Assembly (NCBI GenBank): GCA_963715695.1
Contig: OY970266.1
Coordinates: forward strand, 786,562-850,561
Direction: 5' to 3'
Length of the DNA: 64,000 bases
DNA from: an uncultured Actinomycetes bacterium
Lineage (GTDB): Bacteria > Actinomycetota > Thermoleophilia > Solirubrobacterales > Solirubrobacteraceae
Each line of letters opens with the position of its first letter. Position 1 is the first letter of the stretch. The translations under genes were made by a program, and so were the position numbers. The notes under the pieces are model-generated. The model saw only the letters and a program-made list of their open reading frames with translations, ran no database searches and was not told the origin of the DNA. Shown here piece by piece: positions 45,255-54,738 of this stretch.

Positions 45255-45452
45255 GTGGTCGACCCCAACTTCGCCTATCTGGATGCCGGGAGCGGCAGCC
45301 TGATTCTCCAGGTGCTGGCGGGCGGGTTCGCCGCGGCAGCCGTCAGTGCCAAGCTGTTCTGGCGCCGGATCCTCGTCATGCTGCGCATCCGCAAGCCGGA
45401 GGAGGCGATGGCGCCGACCGACGGCGGCTCGAACTCCTCCGACGCGCTGTAG
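45255..45452 (+). CDS. Small single-pass membrane peptide with AYLDAGSGS motif
   Basis: Strong RBS GAAGGAG before GTG; one hydrophobic helix followed by a basic WRRI...RIRK segment; 3 bp from the next gene. Confidence 0.8.
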   Translation: MVDPNFAYLDAGSGSLILQVLAGGFAAAAVSAKLFWRRILVMLRIRKPEEAMAPTDGGSNSSDAL

Positions 45453-45455
45453 CGC

Positions 45456-46910
45456 GTGGCCACCGTCCAGCTGGAGCCCGGATCCTTCCGGGATCCAGAC
45501 AGCCGCGTCTTCTACGGGGATGACGGCGTCTACCGAGCGCTGTCCGAGCACGGCCTCGCGGATTTCCGCGCGCTTGCCGACAGCTCGCTGTTCGAGCGCG
45601 CGATCGCCGCAGGCAAGCTCATCCCCACCGAGCTGCTCGGAGGCGACGACGCGATCGCCGCACCGGAGATCATCACGACGGGCTGCGCCGGCGTGCTGCG
45701 GCACGAGCGCATCCCCTTCATCTCGTACCCGTACGAGTGGCCCTACTCGATGCTCAAGGATGCAGCGCTGCTGCAGCTCGAGCTGCTCGAGGCGGCGCTC
45801 AAGCGCGACCTGATCCTGAAGGACTCGACGCCCTACAACGTCCAGTGGCGCGGGGCCAAGCCGGTCTTCGTCGACGTCGGCTCGTTCGAGCCGCTGCGCG
45901 AGGGCGAAGCGTGGGTCGGCTACCGCCAGTTCTGCATGCTGTTCCTCAACCCGCTGCTGCTCCAAGGTGTCAAGGGGATCCCCTTCCACCCCTGGCTGCG
46001 CGGCTCGATCGACGGCATCGCCCCGGCCGACCTGGCCCGCACGATGTCGCTGCGCGACCGCTTCCGCCGTCGCCTGCTGACGCACGTCTTCCTGCACGCG
46101 CGGCTCGAGCAGCGCTATGGAAGCCGCAGTCGCGAGGTCAAGTCCGAGCTGCGCTCGGCCGGCTTCAAGACGTCGCTGATCATGGCGAACGTCAACGGCC
46201 TGCAGAAGCTCGTGAAGAAGACCGACTGGCGCCCGCCGACGACCGTCTGGACCGAGTACGAGAAGGACAAGAGCTACACGGGCGACGACGCGCTGCGCAA
46301 GGACGCGTTCGTGCGCGACGTCGTCACGTCACAGCCCTGGAACCTCGTCTGGGACATCGGCGCGAACACCGGTCGCTACTCGCGGATCGCCGCCGAGGGC
46401 GCGCGCTACGTCGTCGCGATCGACGCCGACCAGGCGCCCGTCGAGCTGCTCTACCGCGAGCTGCGCGAGGAGGGCGTCGAGAACATCCTCCCGCTCACGA
46501 TGAACCTCGCCGACCCGTCGCCGAACCTGGGCTGGCGCGGCTTGGAACGCAAGGCGCTCGAGCAGCGCGGCACGCCCGACCTGGCGCTCGCGCTCGCCGT
46601 CATCCACCACATGACGATCAGCGCGAACGTTCCGGTGCGCGATGTCGTCGACTGGTTCGCCTCGCTCGGCGGCTCGCTCGTGATCGAGTTCCCGCATCGC
46701 GACGACCGGATGGTGCAGACACTGCTGTCGGCCAAGCGCGACGGCCTGCATCCCGACTATGACCAGGCGTACTTCGAGCGCTGCCTCGCCGACGCGTTCG
46801 ACGTCGAGCGCCGCGAGCTGCTCGCCTCGGGCACGCGCACGCTCTACTACGCACGTCCGAAGGGCACCGGAAGCCCGATCGAGCTGGGGAACGGAATCGC
46901 CACCACATGA
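45456..46910 (+). CDS. NoeA-like protein: N-terminal kinase-like domain plus class I SAM-dependent methyltransferase
   Basis: GSFRDP; LKDSTPYNV and FVDVGSF kinase-type motifs; WDIGANTG and VAIDAD SAM motifs. Confidence 0.8.
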   Translation: MATVQLEPGSFRDPDSRVFYGDDGVYRALSEHGLADFRALADSSLFERAIAAGKLIPTELLGGDDAIAAPEIITTGCAGVLRHERIPFISYPYEWPYSMLKDAALLQLELLEAALKRDLILKDSTPYNVQWRGAKPVFVDVGSFEPLREGEAWVGYRQFCMLFLNPLLLQGVKGIPFHPWLRGSIDGIAPADLARTMSLRDRFRRRLLTHVFLHARLEQRYGSRSREVKSELRSAGFKTSLIMANVNGLQKLVKKTDWRPPTTVWTEYEKDKSYTGDDALRKDAFVRDVVTSQPWNLVWDIGANTGRYSRIAAEGARYVVAIDADQAPVELLYRELREEGVENILPLTMNLADPSPNLGWRGLERKALEQRGTPDLALALAVIHHMTISANVPVRDVVDWFASLGGSLVIEFPHRDDRMVQTLLSAKRDGLHPDYDQAYFERCLADAFDVERRELLASGTRTLYYARPKGTGSPIELGNGIATT

Positions 46911-49126
46911 GCACGCCACCGCCAGAAGCGACCGGCGCGCCGGCAACCCGCCGCGCGCGCCTGCGACCCCGACTGGTCGACGGTGCGCATCTGGCGGTGC
47001 TGTCGGCGTTTGCGATCGGCCAGCCGCTGTTCAGCGTGCTGTCGAAGAACGCCGAGTTCTTTGCTGCACGCGGGTCGCACGGAATCGACATCGTCAGCTT
47101 CGCGCTCGCCGTCATGCTGCTGCCGCCGCTGGCGCTGCTGCTGATCGAGGCGCTCGTCGGACTCCTGAGCCGCCGTGCTCGCCAGGTCGTCCACGCGGTC
47201 TTCGTCGCGGCACTCCTCGCACTCTTCCTCGTCCAGGCACTCAAGAAGGAGCACGGCATTTCCACCGACATGGTGCTCGCGATCAGCGCGATCGTGGCAA
47301 TCGGCTTCGCAGTGCTCTACACGCGCACGGCAAGCGTTCGTTCGTTCCTGACGATCCTCTCCCCTGCGCCGGCGCTCTTCCTCGTGCTGTTCCTGTGCTT
47401 CTCACCGGTCGCGAAGCTCGTGCTGCCGCAGCCGACGACGGCGCAGGCGGCAAGCGTCAGCTCGAAGACGCCCGTCGTGATGCTGATCATGGACGAGTTC
47501 CCGCTGACCGACCTGCTCGGCCCGGACGGCACGATCGACGCGAAGCGCTACCCGAACTTCGCAGAGCTCGCGTCACACTCGACCTGGTACCGCCACGCGA
47601 CGACGATCTACGACTCGACGACACAGGCCGTGCCGGCGATCCTCAGCGCGAGGTATCCGAAGAAAGGCCTGCTGCCGACGTTGCAGGACCACCCGAACAA
47701 CATCTTCACGCTGTTCGGCTCGCACTACCGCATGAACGCCTCCGAGGAGGCGACGAGCCTGTGCCCCGAGAAGCTCTGCCACGAGGCTCGCGGCGGCGGC
47801 TACACGGCGCGGATGCGCTCGCTCACGAACGACCTCAGCCTCGTCTACCTGCATGTCGCGCTGCCCGACAAGCTGACGGACAGCTTGCCGTCCGTCTCGC
47901 AGACGTGGGGCGACTTCAACGCGAAGTCCGACGCGCAGTCGCCGACGGAGGAGCAGACGGAGCAGACCGACGCGTCGTCGACCAGCGCCACCACCGCAGC
48001 GGCGCCGAAGGGCAAGGCGGCGAAGAAGCCCTCGGTCCTCTACTACCTCGCGCACGACCGTCCCGGTCGCCTGGAGCAGTGGATCGCCGGCATCCGCACG
48101 GGCGGCAAGCCCTCCCTCAACGTCAAGCATGTGCTGCTGCCGCACGTGCCGTTCCAGTACCTGCCGTCCGGCAAGGCGTACAGCACGCAGCCGCACGAGA
48201 TCATCCCCGGCGTCACGAGCGAGCAGAGCTGGGACAACGAGCTGCTGACCGAGGAGGCGCGCCAGCGCCACTTGCTGCAGGTCGGCTACGCCGACCACGA
48301 GCTTGGCAAGCTGATCGCGCACCTGAAGCAGGTCGGCCTGTGGGACAAGGCACTGATCGCCGTGACCCCGGACCACGGGATGGCGTTCCACCGCAGCCAG
48401 AACCGCCGCATCGCGACGTACAAGAACATTCAGGACATCGGTCCGATTCCGGTCTTCATCCACTCGCCGGGGCAGACGAAGGGCAACGTCAGCGACGTCT
48501 GGCTGCGCTCGATCGACATCCTCCCGACGATGGCCTCGATCCTCAACGTCAAGATCCCGTGGAAGACCGACGGACTGCCGGCGAGCTCGCCGACCGTCCG
48601 CAAGCGCCACTCGGTGATGATCATCAAGCGCGACTTCTCCGGCACGCTGACGATGGGCGCCACCGAGTTCACGAAGCGCGTGAAGGCGGCGATCGCGCTG
48701 AAGGACAAGCTGTTCGGCCACGGCGACGAGCAGCCCGGCTTCTATGGCCTCGGGCCGAACCCGAGCCTCGTCGGCAAGCAGCTGTCGCAGCTCGACGTCG
48801 CGTCGCCGAGCGACAGCGGCCCGCAGGCGAACCTCAACGGCAAGGACGAGCTCGCCGAGGTCAACACCGAGAGCGCGTACGTCCCAGCGTTCATCACGGG
48901 CGCCGTCAGCCACGACGCAGCCCACGCGACGCACGCCATCGCGATCTCCGTCAACGGCACGATCCGGGCCGTCTCGCAGACGTTCTACCTGAAGGGCAGC
49001 ACGACGGAGAACTTCGCCGCGATGGTGCCGGAGACGGCGCTGCGCAACGGCGCGAACGACGTGCGAATCCTGGCCGTCGACAACGACGGCGGGTCGCTGA
49101 AGCTCACGCAGATCGGGCACGCCTAG
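46907..49126 (+). CDS. Membrane-anchored alkaline phosphatase/sulfatase superfamily transferase (LtaS/EptA-like architecture)
   Basis: About 5 N-terminal TM helices; MDEF, DSTTQAVP (Thr at nucleophile position), LLPHVPF, TPDHG; ATGA overlap with the upstream gene. Confidence 0.85.
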   Translation: MSTPPPEATGAPATRRARLRPRLVDGAHLAVLSAFAIGQPLFSVLSKNAEFFAARGSHGIDIVSFALAVMLLPPLALLLIEALVGLLSRRARQVVHAVFVAALLALFLVQALKKEHGISTDMVLAISAIVAIGFAVLYTRTASVRSFLTILSPAPALFLVLFLCFSPVAKLVLPQPTTAQAASVSSKTPVVMLIMDEFPLTDLLGPDGTIDAKRYPNFAELASHSTWYRHATTIYDSTTQAVPAILSARYPKKGLLPTLQDHPNNIFTLFGSHYRMNASEEATSLCPEKLCHEARGGGYTARMRSLTNDLSLVYLHVALPDKLTDSLPSVSQTWGDFNAKSDAQSPTEEQTEQTDASSTSATTAAAPKGKAAKKPSVLYYLAHDRPGRLEQWIAGIRTGGKPSLNVKHVLLPHVPFQYLPSGKAYSTQPHEIIPGVTSEQSWDNELLTEEARQRHLLQVGYADHELGKLIAHLKQVGLWDKALIAVTPDHGMAFHRSQNRRIATYKNIQDIGPIPVFIHSPGQTKGNVSDVWLRSIDILPTMASILNVKIPWKTDGLPASSPTVRKRHSVMIIKRDFSGTLTMGATEFTKRVKAAIALKDKLFGHGDEQPGFYGLGPNPSLVGKQLSQLDVASPSDSGPQANLNGKDELAEVNTESAYVPAFITGAVSHDAAHATHAIAISVNGTIRAVSQTFYLKGSTTENFAAMVPETALRNGANDVRILAVDNDGGSLKLTQIGHA

Positions 49127-49154
49127 CGGGTGCCCGGTCGTCGTCGCGCCGCCG

Positions 49155-50042
49155 TCAGGCGGCCGCGGCGACGGCTTTGAGCTGCGGTGCCGCCGCGCGC
49201 AGCGCGTAGGCACCGGCAAGGCCGCTCCAGCGCCCGTACGGCGCGAAGTAGGCACGCACCTCGTGCTCCTCGACGCGGGCGCGCGGGTCGCCTCCGCTCT
49301 GCAAGCGACCGACGAGCTTGCGGTAGGCGAGGTCGCCGGCCGGCAGCTGGTCATAGCGGCCCTGTCCCAGCAGTCCGAGCAGCTCGATCGTCCAGCTGCC
49401 GATCTCCGGGATCGCTCGAAGCCGGCGCCAGCCGGCCTCGTGGTCGGAGTCGTGGAGGTCGGCGCGGCCGCTTGCGACCTCGCGCGCGACGCTGCGCAGC
49501 GCAAGCGCACGCTTCGGCGCGAGGTCGAACGAGCACAGCAGTGCAGGCGCCTGTGCCGCGAGCGTCGCCGCAGTCGGCAGGTCGCGCAGGCCGCTGCGCT
49601 CACAGCGGCGGCCGAGCCGCGCGACGATCCGCCGCTGGATCGCGACTGCGCGCTCGTACTCGATCAGCTGCTCGGTGACGGCCCAGGCAAGCGCCTCGAA
49701 CGGCTCAGGGCGCCGCCGCAGGCGCAGCGTCGGGTCGCTGCGGAGGGCAGCGCCGATCAGCGGGTCCTCGCGGAAGCGCTCGTGGAACGGGCGCAGGTCG
49801 TCATCGAGGCCGAGCGCGAAGCGCATCCGCTCGATCGCCCATGCGGCAGCCTCGCGGCTGTCGGCCTGCGCGCCGAGCAGCACGCGGTCGCGCGCGGTCT
49901 GCGCGACGCGCACGACGACTGACGTCTCCCGGCCGCCGGGCTCGCCGTGGTGCAGCAGCCGGTGCAACACGCCACCGCGCACCCGCAGGACGCCATCCAT
50001 GCCACCGGCGCGCGAGAGCCGGAAGGCCCATGCGGGCGTCAC
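49155..50042 (-). CDS. DNA-3-methyladenine glycosylase (AlkA family)
   Basis: FEALAWAVTEQ, HhH IPEIGSWT, PAGDL. Confidence 0.85.
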   Translation of the reverse strand: MTPAWAFRLSRAGGMDGVLRVRGGVLHRLLHHGEPGGRETSVVVRVAQTARDRVLLGAQADSREAAAWAIERMRFALGLDDDLRPFHERFREDPLIGAALRSDPTLRLRRRPEPFEALAWAVTEQLIEYERAVAIQRRIVARLGRRCERSGLRDLPTAATLAAQAPALLCSFDLAPKRALALRSVAREVASGRADLHDSDHEAGWRRLRAIPEIGSWTIELLGLLGQGRYDQLPAGDLAYRKLVGRLQSGGDPRARVEEHEVRAYFAPYGRWSGLAGAYALRAAAPQLKAVAAAA

Positions 50043-50081
50043 CTCGACGCGCAGCTCGGCGCGGCGCGGCGTGCGCCGCGA

Positions 50082-50402
50082 TCACTCGCTGCGGCCGAGC
50101 AGGTGGACGTCGACGAGGAAGCGGCGCGTCCCGACCACCGACAGCGTCTCCGTCTGCGGGCCGCGACGGCGCAGCAGCGAGCGCGAGGCCGGCTTGCGCG
50201 CCGTGCGCTGGTGGTGGCGGATCGCGACGAACGTCGCCGCGCCGGCGACGAAGCTGGCAGCCGCGACGGCGCCGGCCTGGACGGCGGGCAGCTGACGGCG
50301 CGAGCGCTCGAGCGCGCGCACGTCGGCGACGAGCACGGGAACGGCGTCAACCGTCTCCTCGGGCTCGAGCTGGTCCTGCGACGGATCGGCGGGGCTGCTC
50401 AT
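50082..50402 (-). CDS. Hypothetical small membrane protein
   Basis: One hydrophobic segment, C-terminal FLVDVHLL. Confidence 0.6.
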   Translation of the reverse strand: MSSPADPSQDQLEPEETVDAVPVLVADVRALERSRRQLPAVQAGAVAAASFVAGAATFVAIRHHQRTARKPASRSLLRRRGPQTETLSVVGTRRFLVDVHLLGRSE

Positions 50403-50466
50403 CGCGCGCCGTGAATCGTGACAGCGCGACCGGTCGAACCGCAACGGAGCGGTCCGCTCGCGGTGC

Positions 50467-51657
50467 TCAGGCGGGCGATCCTGCGCCCACCGGGACGCGC
50501 TCGGACGTCGACTCGTCCGGCTCGAGCGCGTCCTCGAAGACGCGCTCGTAGAGACGGTAGCGGCGCACGACCGTGCCGCCCATCCCCTCCATCGCGCGAT
50601 TCATCGAGGTGTTCGTCTCGAGGATCCAGCCCATCTCGCCGCCCGTCTGCGGCGTGACCTCGGCCGAGTCGAAGTGCAGCTCGTAGAAGCGCGCAGCGAC
50701 TCCGGTGTGCTGCCACTCGCGCTTGACGCCGAGCGCGAAGACGCGCACGCGGTCGATCTTGCGCTTGTACCAGAGGAACTTCAGCCAGCCGATCGGCAGC
50801 AGCCGGCCGTTCATGCGCTTCAGCACCTGGTTGTAGTCGGGCAGCGTGAGCGCGGCGCCGACCGTCTCGCCGTCGGCGGTCTCGGCGATGAACGCCCAGT
50901 GCTCGTCGAGCAGCGGCTTCAGCGACTTCGCGTAGTGGCGCACCTCCTTCTCCGTCAACGGCGAGAAGCCCCAGTTCTTCTCCCAGGCAGCGTTGTAGAC
51001 GGTCAGGAAGCGATCGATCTCGGCCTCCATGTCGCGCTTGCGCATCGGTCGCACGGTGATCCCGTGCTTCGACTGGACGCGCTCGGCGACGGTCCAGATC
51101 GCCGGATGGACCTTGTCGCGCTGGGAGACGTTCAGCTCCCACATCAGCGTGTCCATCGCCTTCTCGAGCCCGACGCCCTCGAGCAGCCGCGGGTAGTACG
51201 GCTGCGTCCAGTTCGTGAGGATGATCGGCGGGCGCTCGAAGCCCTCGACGAGCACGCCGCACTCGTCGTTCATCGTGAAGTCGGCCGGGCCGACCATGCG
51301 GTCGCGCCCGCGTGCGCGCAGCCACGTCTCCGCCGCACGCAGCAGCGCCGCAGCCGCCTCGGGGTCGTCCTCGCACTCGAAGAAGCCGAACAGGCCCCAG
51401 TCGTTGCCCTGGAACTCGTTGAAGATGCGATCGACCTGCGCGGTGATGCGCCCGACCGCGCGTCCGTCGCGCCAGGCGAGGAAGTACTCCGCCTCGCCGT
51501 GCTCGAACCAGGGGTTCTTCGTGCGGTCGAGGAACTGACGGCGCTCGGAGATCAGCGGCGGAACCCAGTTGCGCTCGCTACGATAAAGCCGCCAGGGCAG
51601 CTTGATGAACGTCGTGAGGTCGCGCTTGGTTGCGACCGGCCGTACGTCGAGTCCCAT
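50467..51657 (-). CDS. Double-GNAT acyltransferase, bacterial ceramide synthase (bCerS)-like
   Basis: FIKLPWRLY...WVPPL, VGRI, FGFFE, GVLVEGF, YN.AW..NWGF.P, LPDYN, WILETN..MN. Confidence 0.8.
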   Translation of the reverse strand: MGLDVRPVATKRDLTTFIKLPWRLYRSERNWVPPLISERRQFLDRTKNPWFEHGEAEYFLAWRDGRAVGRITAQVDRIFNEFQGNDWGLFGFFECEDDPEAAAALLRAAETWLRARGRDRMVGPADFTMNDECGVLVEGFERPPIILTNWTQPYYPRLLEGVGLEKAMDTLMWELNVSQRDKVHPAIWTVAERVQSKHGITVRPMRKRDMEAEIDRFLTVYNAAWEKNWGFSPLTEKEVRHYAKSLKPLLDEHWAFIAETADGETVGAALTLPDYNQVLKRMNGRLLPIGWLKFLWYKRKIDRVRVFALGVKREWQHTGVAARFYELHFDSAEVTPQTGGEMGWILETNTSMNRAMEGMGGTVVRRYRLYERVFEDALEPDESTSERVPVGAGSPA

Positions 51658-51673
51658 TCGCGGCGCACACTAT

Positions 51674-52939
51674 ATGCCCACCACGATCGACGTCTTCAGC
51701 AAGGCCCGCACGCACGAGCGCGTCCTGCAGCTCAAGGCCGCGCGCGAGATCGACGCGGTCCCGTATTTCCGCAGGCTGGAGTCGGCGGCCGCGCCGATCG
51801 TGGAGATGGAGGGCCGGCGCCGGATCATGCTCGGCTCGAACAACTACCTCGGGCTGACGAACGACGAGCGCGTCGTGCGAGGCGGCGCTCGACGCGGTCC
51901 ACCGCTACGGCACCGGCGTGACCGGCAGCCGCCTGCTGAACGGCACGCTCGACCTGCACCTCGAGCTGGAGTCCGAGCTGGCCGACTGGCTCGGCACCGA
52001 GGACGCGATCGTCTACACGACCGGCCACCAGGCGAACCTCGGCGCGCTCGGGACGATCCTCGGCCCGGGCGACACGGTGATCGCCGACTCCGGCGACCAC
52101 GCCTCGATCCTCGACGGCGTGCTGCTCTCGCGCGCGAAGCTGCGCGCCTTCCGCCACAACCGCCTCGACCTGCTCGAGAAGCGCCTGCAGCAGGCGCAGA
52201 GCGACGGCGGCGGGATCCTCGTCGTCGTCGACGGCGTCTTCTCGATGGAGGGCGACGTCGCGCCGCTGGTGGAGATCGCCGACCTCTGTCGGCCGCTACG
52301 GAGCGCGGCTGATGGTCGACGAGGCGCATGGCCTCGGCGTGCTCGGCGCGCGCGGCGCCGGCGCCTGCGAGCTGCTCGGCGTCGAGGACCGCGTCGACCT
52401 GCGGATGGCGACCTTCTCGAAGTCGCTCGCCTCCTGCGGCGGCGTGATCGCCGGCCCGGCCGACGTCGTCGACTTCCTGCGGATCCAGTCGCGGCCGTTC
52501 CTCTTCACCGCCTCGGGCGTGCCGGCCGCGGTCGGCGCGGCGCTCGCCGCGGTCGCGCATCTGCCGCTCGGACGAGGGCCGCGAGCTGTTCGCGCGCGTG
52601 CTCGCGAACGGCGAGTACCTCAACGCGGGGCTGCGCAACCTCGGCTTGCACGTCGTCGACCCGATGGCGATGCCGGACGGCTCGGAGGTCGCGACGCCGA
52701 TCGTGCCGGTGCTCGTCGCCGACGACTGGAAGGCAGCGCTGCTGTGGAAGGCGCTCTACGAGGAGGGCGTCTACGTCAACGTCGCGCTCCACCCCGCCGT
52801 GCCGCCCGGCGGGGCGCTGCTGCGCACGAGCGTGATGGCGACGCACGACGTCGCGACGCTCGACGAGGCGCTCGACGCGTTCGCACGCGTGAAGCGCGCC
52901 TTCGAGGCAGAGCACGGTCCGCTGCCTTCGCCGGCATGA
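51674..52939 (+). CDS. PLP-dependent alpha-oxoamine synthase, serine palmitoyltransferase-like (apparent frameshifts near 51890, 52290 and 52555)
   Basis: PYFR...MLGSNNYLGL, TGSRLLNGT, HASILDG, DGVFSMEGD, DEAHG, TFSKSLAS, SRPFLFTAS. Confidence 0.8.
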
Positions 52940-53005
52940 TCGTCTGAAAAACGGTGACGGCCGCGGAAAAGGCCGCTCCTAGCGCATGAAGCGGACGGTT
53001 GGCCA

Positions 53006-53035
53006 TTGACCCGCGCGTGTCCACTCGCATAGCTT
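53006..53035 (+). promoter_or_regulatory. Sigma70-type promoter upstream of the mIHF-like gene
   Basis: TTGACC-N18-TAGCTT. Confidence 0.5.
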
Positions 53036-53167
53036 CCGTGGTGGTCGTCGGACGGGCTCAGGCAGGGGTCCGACAAGCCCGGGAACGACGACTCGACAGG
53101 CGTCCGTTCCCCCCAAGCCTCGGACGCAGGTCGGCTATCTCGTATGGGGCAGGGAGAAAGAGTGCAG

Positions 53168-53539
53168 ATGGACGGCTTCTCGACGTTGTCCTCCGGGCCA
53201 CAGCACCTGCGTGCTCTCGAGCGCGCAAACCGGGTACGCCTCGCGCGTGCCGAACTGAAGCGCCGGATCGCGGAGGGCGAGCTCTTCGCGTCCGAGGTGA
53301 TCCTCGAGTCCCCCTGGGAAGCGAGCAGCATGGCGATCGGCGACGTGCTGATGAGTCAGCGTCGCTGGGGCTCCACGCGATGCCGCAAGTTCCTCGCGAT
53401 GTTCCAGATCACCGAGACGAAGACCGTCGGGTCCCTCACCGACCGTCAGCGCCACGCCCTCGCTGCGCAGCTCGACGCGCACGCGACGGTCGAACGTGCC
53501 GCCTGTCGGTTCGAGACCCGCGTCCTCGTCACTGCTTGA
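53168..53539 (+). CDS. Actinobacterial integration host factor (mIHF/sIHF)-like nucleoid protein
   Basis: ALERANRVRLARAELKRRI, then H2TH-like W-G-STRCRKFL...I.E.KTVGSL..RQR. Confidence 0.75.
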   Translation: MDGFSTLSSGPQHLRALERANRVRLARAELKRRIAEGELFASEVILESPWEASSMAIGDVLMSQRRWGSTRCRKFLAMFQITETKTVGSLTDRQRHALAAQLDAHATVERAACRFETRVLVTA

Positions 53540-53656
53540 CTGCTGCGGCGCGCCCGCTGCCCGGTTGGCCCCGGGACGCGGACGCGCCGCAGCTCGACAT
53601 CCCGGCTCGCCCTCCGCGCCGGTCAGCGCAACCCGGTCAGCGCCCTCCGCGCCGGG

Positions 53657-54150
53657 TCAGCGCACGCGGAAGCCGAAGCCGCCCGAGCGACGCTTGAAGA
53701 GCGTGCGCCACGCGAGGAACGAGACGGCGAAGACGCCGGCGCCGACGGGCAGCAGCGTCGTGCGCCCGACGTCGAGGTAGAACAGCACCGCGAGCGTCGC
53801 GACAGCGAGCGCGCCCGACAGCACGAGCGTGTGCGAGCGATAGCCGCCGAGGTGCTCGCGGATCGCGACCTCCAGCCCGGCGACCGAGCCGAGCAGGGCA
53901 GCAGCCGTCAGCAATGCAGCTCCGCCGCGGCCGCCGCGCACGATGCCCCAGACGCCGAGCACGATCGCCGGCGAGCGCGGACAGCTCGACGAGCGGGAAG
54001 CGCCCCACGGCGGGGGCGGCGCGTCGTCGCGGCGGCTGCGGCGCGCTGCGGCGGTGAGCGGCGCCGGCTTCGCGCGCGCGGCGCCGTCGCGGCGCGGGCG
54101 TGCGCGCGCGGTGCTGGCGCGGTCGTGCGCTTGCGGCTGCGGCGGCCCAT
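53657..54150 (-). CDS. Hypothetical membrane protein (apparent frameshifts)
   Basis: Basic N-terminus MGRRSRKR; C-terminal LEVAIREHLGGYRSHT with TM helices. Confidence 0.6.
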
Positions 54151-54197
54151 GGTCTCGTCGCTCGTCCTCGGTCGGGTCAGGGTCGCTCGAGGCGGCC

Positions 54198-54661
54198 CTA
54201 GGCTAGGGGACATCCGGAGGACAGCTTGACCTGCCACCAGCCCATCAGCATGCCGATCAGCCCGAGCCGCGGCCGGACGTGCCAGACGCCGCAGCCGGGC
54301 TCGCCGATGTCGGCCTGCAGGACGCGCACGAAGCGGTGACGGGCGGGGTCGCGCAGCATCCGCTCCAGCAGCTCGCGCTGGCGCGCCTCGCGCTCGGCGC
54401 GCGCGGCGAGCGCTTCGCGGACCTCGTGGAGACGCTCGGCGAGGTCGTCGCGGATCTGCTCCAGCTCGCCGATCCCGAGCAGGCGCGGACCCGCCGTGCT
54501 CCCCGATCGACCAGGCGATCTCGTCGCGCGGCGAGGCATGGCCGGCGAGCGAGGCGAGCTCGATCTCGAGCTTCGCGATCTGTGCCGCGCAGGGTGCGCC
54601 GTGCCGGCGCCTCGTCGAGCCGCCGGGGCCGGTGCACTGCGGGACGCTGCGCGATCACCAC
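54198..54661 (-). CDS. Hypothetical protein ending WWQVKLSSGCPLA (apparent frameshifts; start approximate)
   Basis: Coding-like C-terminal half: ELEQIRDDL...GEPGCGVWHVRPRLGLIGMLMGWW. Confidence 0.6.
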
Positions 54662-54738
54662 CAACCGTCTGCCTTCTATCGGATCGGCCAAGTCTATCGC
54701 CGTCGCGACGCGTCGGGGAGGCCTGCGGCGCCGCGACG

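Noticed and set aside
45255-45452. Micropeptide as a RiPP precursor
   Set aside because: It has a clear TM helix with a positive-inside tail, and there is no RRE, peptidase or exporter nearby; a membrane subunit or shuttle role fits better.
51674-52939. Annotation as bioF or kbl
   Set aside because: No biotin or tdh genes are adjacent, the N-terminus and motifs look more SPT-like, and it pairs with a bCerS-like GNAT. Not formally excluded without a phylogeny.
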